Below the pieces are notes generated by a model. It did not search any database, was not told where the DNA came from, and worked only from the letters and a program-made list of their open reading frames with translations. 64,000 nt of DNA from a virus. The stretch's first letter is position 1. Every line of letters begins with the position of its first letter. The position numbers and the translations under genes are program-made. Shown in pieces: positions 57,816 through 64,000 of this stretch. The DNA lies in IMG/VR virus record IMGVR_UViG_3300025674_000015; one strand, 5' to 3'.

Positions 57816-58837
57816 AAAAGAACATTTTAGAAGAAGCCTTGAGAAAGCAAATTAGAGAGATCCTTAGTGAAGAAGTGATGTTGGAGCAGCCATTTCCCGG
57901 GCTGGCCCGACCCCCGCGCAAGGGCGAACGAAACATACCCGCCAAGGCAGCACCGGCCAAGGCAGCGCCCGCAAAAGCAGCGCCCGCAAAAGCAGCGCCG
58001 GCCAAGGCAGCGCCCGCAAAAGCAGCGCCGGCCAAGAAAGCACCGAAGAAAGCACGGAAGAAAAAGTCTAGATATCGAGACATAGATTATGTCCAAGCGG
58101 TTAGTGACATTGCAAACAAATATGGCGAAGGAATAAGTATCTTCGAAGATCCTTCTCAAGGTCTATATCGCGACTTAGAACGTGAGACTTATGATAAAAA
58201 ACTCAAAAAAAGCGTAATAAAATTACAAAAAAAATTGGGTCTTAGAGGTCGTGAAGTAGATGGTTGGTTCGGGCCTAAAACGGCTTGTGTGCTTAAGATG
58301 AGCTCATTCGTCAAGAGGTTTAAATACAAGATTAATGTAGGCTGTTTTAAAAAAGAATGGGTCATGAAATTAGCCGATTATCTTCGCGAAGAAGAGCAGG
58401 CAAATGCCAGAAAAGGTGCAAGTAAATCAAAGCCTAAAAAAGCTAAAGCCTCTTTTAATGCATATTATAATCAATTTATGCGTTGGAAAAAAAGAATTTC
58501 TAGAATTCAAATTCTAGCAATGAATGGGATTCACAAGGTCACCGACTTTGGCGTCCGGTCAGAATTGAGCGAAATACGAGCTAGCCTCGAAAGATTAAAG
58601 AGGAAAGCGGTAGCAGATAACAAATTAGAAAATCGAGAATCGTTAATACAACAGATTTCAGACGAAATCATCGTAGTTGATGATATGCTAAAAGATCCCT
58701 CTAATTATGATTCTAGTATCAAACCGAGAGGTTACAAAACTGCTAAAAAATCTAAAATAAAAGAATCCAAATTCTCCAATGACAAAGAACTTCAAAATCT
58801 AATGGAATCGTTCAAAAAATTTACAAGGAATGACTAA
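57812..58837 (+). CDS. Leader-bearing protein with AKAAP repeats and a PG-binding-like domain
   Basis: SVIKLQKKLGL...VDGWFGPKTAC; domain paralogous to that in 56036..57226. Confidence 0.7.
   Translation: MKKNILEEALRKQIREILSEEVMLEQPFPGLARPPRKGERNIPAKAAPAKAAPAKAAPAKAAPAKAAPAKAAPAKKAPKKARKKKSRYRDIDYVQAVSDIANKYGEGISIFEDPSQGLYRDLERETYDKKLKKSVIKLQKKLGLRGREVDGWFGPKTACVLKMSSFVKRFKYKINVGCFKKEWVMKLADYLREEEQANARKGASKSKPKKAKASFNAYYNQFMRWKKRISRIQILAMNGIHKVTDFGVRSELSEIRASLERLKRKAVADNKLENRESLIQQISDEIIVVDDMLKDPSNYDSSIKPRGYKTAKKSKIKESKFSNDKELQNLMESFKKFTRND
57941..58045 (+). repeat. Tandem 15-bp repeat x7 (6x AKAAP + AKKAP)
   Basis: GC(C/A)AA(G/A)GCAGC(G/A)CC(C/G) units read directly. Confidence 0.95.
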
Positions 58838-58843
58838 ACTTGA

Positions 58844-60436
58844 ATGGGAAAATACAAACTAACCAAAAAACAAGTCAAACAAGAGATATTGAAATGCGGA
58901 AAAGATCCAGATTACTTTATCAAAAACTACGCTAGAATATCTCACCCCCTCAAGGGATTGATCCCTTTCCACACCTTTCCTTTCCAAGCACAGCTTTTAA
59001 AAGACTTTAACAGATACAGATTTAATATTATCCTAAAAGCTAGGCAGTTGGGTATTTCAACAATCTCTGCTGCTTATGTTTCTTGGTTAATGTTGTTTCA
59101 CAAAGAAAAGAACGTTTTGGTTATTGCAACGCAGTTCAAAACAGCAAAGAACTTGGTTCGCAAAGTAAAGCAAATAATGAAAAACGTTCCGGACTGGTTA
59201 AGGATCGCAACAATCAAGATCGACAACCAAGCTTCGTTTGAGCTTTCGAATGGTTCGCAGATCAAAGCAACATCGACTAGTTCGGATGCTGGGCGTTCTG
59301 AAGCGCTTTCTCTTTTGGTTGTTGACGAAGCTGCACACATTGAAAACATGGATGAGCTTTGGGCTGGTCTTTATCCTACAATCTCAACTGGTGGTCGCGT
59401 TATCGCTCTTTCAACTCCAAAAGGTGTTGGAAACTGGTTTCACAAAACTTGCTCAGAATCAATGCAAGAAAAAAACGACTTTTATTTAACAACTCTTCCA
59501 TGGGATGTTCACCCTGAAAGAGACCAAAAGTGGTTTGAAAAAGAAACCAGAAACATGACAAAAAGAGAGATCGCACAGGAATTGCTTTGCAACTTCAATG
59601 CTTCTGGTGAAACAGTGATTCATTCAGATGACCTAGAATTAATTGAACAAAAGATATGCGCTCCAAAATACAAAACCGGCTTTGATCGGAATTATTGGAT
59701 CTGGGAAGAATACAAATCAGGAAACACTTATCTTCTTTCTGCTGACGTTTCTAGAGGCGATGGAAAAGACTTTTCTGTTTTTCACATTATAAAATTAGAC
59801 ACAATGGAGATTGTGGCAGAATATCAAGGAAAAATGCAACCAGATCAATACGCTCCCTTTTTAGCTTCTGCCGGGAGAGAATATGGGAATTGCATGTTGG
59901 TTGTTGAGAACAACAACATTGGATATGGTGTTTTGGAAAAGCTTATGGATTTAGATTATCCAAACCTTTATTACTCTATCAAATCAACTCACGAATATAT
60001 CGATGCTGTTAGTGCAATTGGCAACTCAAATTCAGTTCCGGGCTTTACTACCAGTATGAAAACAAGACCATTAATTATTGCGAAGCTGGAAGAATTCGTT
60101 AGAAACAAACTAATTAATCTTAAGTCTATGCGCCTTTTGCAAGAGTTGAGAACGTTTGTTTGGAACAACGGAAGGCCGGAAGCAATGCGAGGATATAACG
60201 ATGATTTGGTTATGTCTTTGGCAATTGCTTGTTGGATTAGGGACACTGCCCTAGTTAAAAGCAAAAAAGATAGAGATTACAACAAAGCAATGTTAGATGC
60301 TTTGTTTGTTTCAAACACAAAATTAAACACTCAAATTAAAGGCATGGATGGATACAATAAAAAAGAAGATTTTATCTCAACTATGATTGAAGAAAAGAAA
60401 AATCAAAAAGAATTCTTTTGGATCTACAAAGGCTAA
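58844..60436 (+). CDS. terL: Terminase large subunit (T4 gp17-like)
   Basis: KARQLGIS Walker A, LLVVDEAAH Walker B, STPKG coupling motif, ADVSRGDGKDFS and NDDLVMS nuclease motifs. Confidence 0.95.
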   Translation: MGKYKLTKKQVKQEILKCGKDPDYFIKNYARISHPLKGLIPFHTFPFQAQLLKDFNRYRFNIILKARQLGISTISAAYVSWLMLFHKEKNVLVIATQFKTAKNLVRKVKQIMKNVPDWLRIATIKIDNQASFELSNGSQIKATSTSSDAGRSEALSLLVVDEAAHIENMDELWAGLYPTISTGGRVIALSTPKGVGNWFHKTCSESMQEKNDFYLTTLPWDVHPERDQKWFEKETRNMTKREIAQELLCNFNASGETVIHSDDLELIEQKICAPKYKTGFDRNYWIWEEYKSGNTYLLSADVSRGDGKDFSVFHIIKLDTMEIVAEYQGKMQPDQYAPFLASAGREYGNCMLVVENNNIGYGVLEKLMDLDYPNLYYSIKSTHEYIDAVSAIGNSNSVPGFTTSMKTRPLIIAKLEEFVRNKLINLKSMRLLQELRTFVWNNGRPEAMRGYNDDLVMSLAIACWIRDTALVKSKKDRDYNKAMLDALFVSNTKLNTQIKGMDGYNKKEDFISTMIEEKKNQKEFFWIYKG

Positions 60437-60439
60437 TAA

Positions 60440-62512
60440 ATGAGTAATCAAAACAAAAAACAAAACAAACAAGAAAACAACCCTAGAAATGCTAGTTCTG
60501 TTCTCTATAAAAGGCTCACGCGCCTTTTGTCTGGCCCTCTGAATATATACAGAGCGCAAGATTATAGAAAACAAAAGCCTCATCAAATGGATAAGTACGG
60601 CTCCCTGTTCAAATCAGCGAGCGGTCAAGCGTTCAAGAAATCTTCATACGATCCCTTTAGCAATGTAAAGATCAATTACATCTCAAACCAAAACCGTTCT
60701 GAAAGATATGCAGATTTTGATCAAATGGAATACACTCCGGAGATCGCTTCGGCAATGGACATTTATGCAGATGAAATGACAACGCACACACTCACTGGAA
60801 AAATGCTGAAGATTGAAAGTAGAAATGAAGAAATCAGAACAATCTTGAATAACCTTTATGATAATGTTTTGAATGTTGAGTTTAACCTTTTTGGGTGGTG
60901 TCGCTCCATGTGTAAGTATGGAGATTTCTTTCTTTATTTGGATATTGATGATGCCTTGGGCGTTACAAATGTTATTGGTCTTCCTTCCATGGAAGTTGAA
61001 AGATTGGAAGGCGAAGATGAAACAAACCCAAATTATATTCAGTTTCAGTGGAACCAAGGTGGAATGACTTTTGAAAATTGGCAGGTTGCTCATTTTCGAA
61101 TCTTAGGAAACGACAAGTACGCTCCTTATGGCACCTCTATCTTGGAGCCAGCAAGAAGAATCTGGAGACAACTAACTCTTTTAGAAGATGCAATGATGGC
61201 ATATAGGATTGTTAGATCTCCAGAAAGAAGATTGTTCAAGATTGAGGTTGGTGGCATTGCACCAGAAGATGTTCCGCAATACATGGAAAGAGTTCAAACT
61301 CAATTAAAAAGAAATTCAATTATTGATTCTTCTACCGGTCGAGTTGATCTTCGTTATAACCCTCTCTCTGTTGAAGAAGATTACTTTCTTCCTATGAGAA
61401 ATGGAGTTGGCTCTGATATTGGTACATTGGCCGGCGGAACTTACACTGGCGATATTGATGATGTAAAATATCTTAGAGATAAGCTTTTCTCTGCCTTGAA
61501 GGTTCCGCAGTCTTATCTTTCTAGAGGTGAAGGTTCTGAAGAAGACAAAACAACATTGGCTCAAAAAGATGTTCGATTTGCAAGAACGATTCAACGACTT
61601 CAAAGATCTGTGATTTCAGAATTAGAAAAGGTTGGAGTTGTTCATCTTTATACTTTGGGCTATCGCGGAGATGATCTGATCAATTTTAAAATTGCCCTGA
61701 ACAACCCTTCGAAGATTTCTGAACTTCAAGAACTGGAACATTGGAGAACCAAATTTGATGTTGCTGCCGCTGCAACCGAAGGTTTCTTTTCAAAAAGATG
61801 GGTTGCAACAAATATGTTTGGCATGAGTGAGGGTGAATACCTTCGAAACATTCGCGAAATGTTCTATGACCGTCAAGTATCTGCTCAATTGGAACTTGAA
61901 ACACAAGCTGCTTCAGCTATTGGCGGAGGGGGCTTTGGAGGCGATATGGGAGGCGATCTCGGCGGAGGTGACCTAGGAGGTGACATGGGTGGAGATCTTG
62001 GCGCAGAAGGCCCCGGAGAAGGCTTGGGAGGCGAACCCGGAGGTGATCTAGGAGGAGATCTTGGTGGAGAAGCTCCAACACCCGAGCCCGGAGGCGGTGA
62101 AGCTGCCGGAGGGGGTGAAGCTGGTGGAGAAACTGATCTTCTCGCAGCGCCACCAGCAAAAAGGGATATTCCACCACCAGTCTATGACCATTCAATCTCT
62201 GGCTTGTCAAAGAAAAGAAGAATGCTGGATGAAGACGACGAAGATTATGATCGCTCAAAAGGTAAAAAGTATACTCCAGTTCGTCATGATAAAAGAACAT
62301 CTTCTGCGCCTAGGAAGAAAAGCTTTGATAAGCTTTACAACAAATCGGCAACAAAATCAACTAGACGAAATCTTTATCCCGGACTTTCTGGCTTAACTCA
62401 GCAAAGTTTGGGCATTTTTGAAAATGCCATGGCTTCCGAAGAAGAGAAGATCTTATCTACAAGCAAGGAACTAGTTAAACTCACTGAACAATTGGAGAAA
62501 ACTAAAAAATGA
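60440..62512 (+). CDS. gp20: Portal protein (T4 gp20-like) with a Gly-rich C-terminal extension
   Basis: PEIASAMDIYADE, LLEDAMMAYRIVRSPERRLFKI, EDYFLP, DIDDVKY...ALKVP; adjacent to terL. Confidence 0.95.
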   Translation: MSNQNKKQNKQENNPRNASSVLYKRLTRLLSGPLNIYRAQDYRKQKPHQMDKYGSLFKSASGQAFKKSSYDPFSNVKINYISNQNRSERYADFDQMEYTPEIASAMDIYADEMTTHTLTGKMLKIESRNEEIRTILNNLYDNVLNVEFNLFGWCRSMCKYGDFFLYLDIDDALGVTNVIGLPSMEVERLEGEDETNPNYIQFQWNQGGMTFENWQVAHFRILGNDKYAPYGTSILEPARRIWRQLTLLEDAMMAYRIVRSPERRLFKIEVGGIAPEDVPQYMERVQTQLKRNSIIDSSTGRVDLRYNPLSVEEDYFLPMRNGVGSDIGTLAGGTYTGDIDDVKYLRDKLFSALKVPQSYLSRGEGSEEDKTTLAQKDVRFARTIQRLQRSVISELEKVGVVHLYTLGYRGDDLINFKIALNNPSKISELQELEHWRTKFDVAAAATEGFFSKRWVATNMFGMSEGEYLRNIREMFYDRQVSAQLELETQAASAIGGGGFGGDMGGDLGGGDLGGDMGGDLGAEGPGEGLGGEPGGDLGGDLGGEAPTPEPGGGEAAGGGEAGGETDLLAAPPAKRDIPPPVYDHSISGLSKKRRMLDEDDEDYDRSKGKKYTPVRHDKRTSSAPRKKSFDKLYNKSATKSTRRNLYPGLSGLTQQSLGIFENAMASEEEKILSTSKELVKLTEQLEKTKK
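61922..62130 (+). repeat. Gly-rich GGD(L/M)G / GGE repeats in the portal C-terminus
   Basis: GGDMGGDLGGGDLGGDMGGDLG...GGEPGGDLGGDLGGE. Confidence 0.85.
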
Positions 62513-63345
62513 AAAAAGTTCGTCATAAACATAATAAGAAAAGAAATACCGCTTTTCTTTATGAGGCTTTGGTTCGTGAATTAACAGAGTCGGTTATAAA
62601 GAAAGATTTTGAAAGCAAAAAGAAAATTCTTTCTATTTTGAAAGAGTTTTTTAAAAAAGGCACCATGCTTAAAAAAGAGCTTGACATTTACAAAGCTCTT
62701 TATGAAACAAAAGAAGTTGATATTGCCAGTGCAGAAAAGATTTTGACTGAGGCGAAAAAGCAGCATAAGGTTGAAATTGACAAAACTCAACTTTTCAATG
62801 AACAAACAAGATTGATCAAAATGATCGCTTCAAGTTTGTCTAATAAGGTATTCAACAACTTTATTCCAAATTATCGTTCAATTGCAACAGTTTCGCAAAT
62901 GTTTGGAGATCTTCCGATCACTGATCGTGTTCTTTTAGAGCAAACAACGGTACGAAGAATGTCAACGATCTCTCTGATCAAAGAAGAGAAAGAAATCAAA
63001 CCAGTAACTCAATTAGCCTTTAAAACTTTCCTTAAGAAGTTTAATGAGTCTTACGGAGAGGAATTGGACGATTCTCAGAAAAAGCTTTTAGAGCAGTATG
63101 TTCTTTCTTACAGCGAAGATAATCCTGAATTTAAAATTCACATGAACGGCGTTATTTCAACTATCAAAGAAGAGATTGGCTTTATTTTGGAAAATGTAGA
63201 TTTAACTTTGGTAACAAAAGAAAGAATCAAAAAAGTGTACACAGTTGTTGAAGGTTTGGCAACAAAGCCAATCAACAAAGAAACAATCTCAAAGGTTTTG
63301 AAGGTTCAGAATCTGATCAAAGAGGTTAAGCAAAATGTCAATTAA
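62509..63345 (+). CDS. Head-region helical protein (possible prohead core/scaffold)
   Basis: KHNKKRNTAFLYEALVRE start; directly after the portal. Confidence 0.65.
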   Translation: MKKVRHKHNKKRNTAFLYEALVRELTESVIKKDFESKKKILSILKEFFKKGTMLKKELDIYKALYETKEVDIASAEKILTEAKKQHKVEIDKTQLFNEQTRLIKMIASSLSNKVFNNFIPNYRSIATVSQMFGDLPITDRVLLEQTTVRRMSTISLIKEEKEIKPVTQLAFKTFLKKFNESYGEELDDSQKKLLEQYVLSYSEDNPEFKIHMNGVISTIKEEIGFILENVDLTLVTKERIKKVYTVVEGLATKPINKETISKVLKVQNLIKEVKQNVN

Positions 63346-63928
63346 AGTTAAAGTTGTAAAAGGCGATGGACCTATCGATGTTACTATCTATAAAAAGTCT
63401 GCCCCTTCTATCACAGTTAAGATTCCATTTGAGATTGACATTGCTAGGACAATCGATGGGCAGATCCTAGTGAAAGATCATCCAGAAATCGATATTGTTA
63501 TCGATCCTCTTAAGAATAAGATCATGACTATGAACAAAGAAGGTTTTGATTATGAATCTTATGGTCATTCTGATGAATTTTTCAATGCAATGCACAAAGC
63601 AAAAATTATTGAACCTGATTCTATCAAGGCTTCTAATGTCTTCGGTTCTTTTGAGGCTCTAATCAGAAAACCTATTTTGGATTCAGAAGATTCTCTTCAG
63701 CAAACTCTCTTAACTGTTGCTAGATTTATTGTTAAAGAAAGAGACTTCTTCAATTATACTTCCGATATTAAGAAAGAAATGGAAAAAAGATTGTTCGCAC
63801 CAGAAGACCACGAAACAACAGAGCTTGGAGAAATTCCACATGAAGAAGCAAAAGGCTCTATCGTTCCCGGCTTGGTGCGAAGATTTGGACAAGGTTACTA
63901 CTACATCTATGAAGGAAAACAAAAGTGA
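63335..63928 (+). CDS. Hypothetical head-region protein
   Basis: Coupled ORF; no recognised motif. Confidence 0.7.
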   Translation: MSIKVKVVKGDGPIDVTIYKKSAPSITVKIPFEIDIARTIDGQILVKDHPEIDIVIDPLKNKIMTMNKEGFDYESYGHSDEFFNAMHKAKIIEPDSIKASNVFGSFEALIRKPILDSEDSLQQTLLTVARFIVKERDFFNYTSDIKKEMEKRLFAPEDHETTELGEIPHEEAKGSIVPGLVRRFGQGYYYIYEGKQK

Positions 63929-64000
63929 AAGATATTCTTCTTTTTGTTTTGATTTCTTATGGAATGACACAGATTTTGGTCTATGGAAAGATTTTTGACA
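63925..64000 (+). CDS. Membrane protein, 3'-truncated (not in the ORF track)
   Basis: GTG 63925 overlapping the TGA gives MKDILLFVLISYGMTQILVYGKIFD, open to the window end. Confidence 0.6.
   Translation, partial: MKDILLFVLISYGMTQILVYGKIFD

Noticed and set aside
57941-58045. Tandem repeats (also 61922-62130) as a CRISPR array
   Set aside because: No spacers; unit lengths are multiples of three and in frame within CDSs. No CRISPR array or cas gene seen.
58844-62512. Inteins, introns or homing endonucleases in terminase/portal
   Set aside because: Motifs are contiguous at normal spacing; no intein termini or LAGLIDADG/HNH/GIY-YIG motifs seen.
60-63998. Numerous short minus-strand and alternative-frame ORFs in the ORF track
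   Set aside because: They lie inside long + strand genes, lack RBSs or motifs, and show shadow composition (F/S/L-rich antisense of K/E codons).
1-64000. Stop-codon reassignment as seen in some jumbo phages
   Set aside because: Coding density is near-complete in code 11, and TAA, TGA and TAG all end genes at normal junctions.
1-64000. tRNA, rRNA, structured ncRNA or strong intrinsic terminators
   Set aside because: Intergenic gaps are short (under ~80 bp) and I saw no cloverleaf or GC hairpin followed by a U-tract. A covariance-model search was not possible.

Overview
This 64 kb window is an AT-rich, densely packed fragment of a large tailed phage (T4-like/jumbo myovirus architecture). All credible genes are on the + strand, in the standard genetic code. 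In order: (1) a truncated LamG virion protein; (2) a cluster of four glycosyltransferases, two methyltransferases and an NDP-sugar epimerase (2-9.2 kb); (3) a gp55-like late sigma factor; (4) a ~30 kb baseplate/tail module with a GH19-like lysin, HxH spike, gp25- and gp6-like wedges, a 3085-aa LamG protein and tail-collar-like proteins; (5) a RuvC-like resolvase, a primase and a fused SbcD-SbcC (gp47/gp46); (6) a ~12.5 kb island of unrelated cargo proteins sharing short basic/amphipathic leaders ending in (I/L)-x-E, with a probable lysis cassette embedded in it; (7) large terminase, portal and the start of the head genes. Main hypotheses: a leader-tagged set of capsid-packaged proteins; a virion glycosylation system suggested by the GT cluster and strong [ST]-[GA]-S enrichment in some virion proteins; a methyltransferase inserted with a duplicated glycosyltransferase 3' end; near-absence of CCWGG; and a CTAWTTA candidate late promoter. 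All family assignments come from motif recognition by eye, not database searches.
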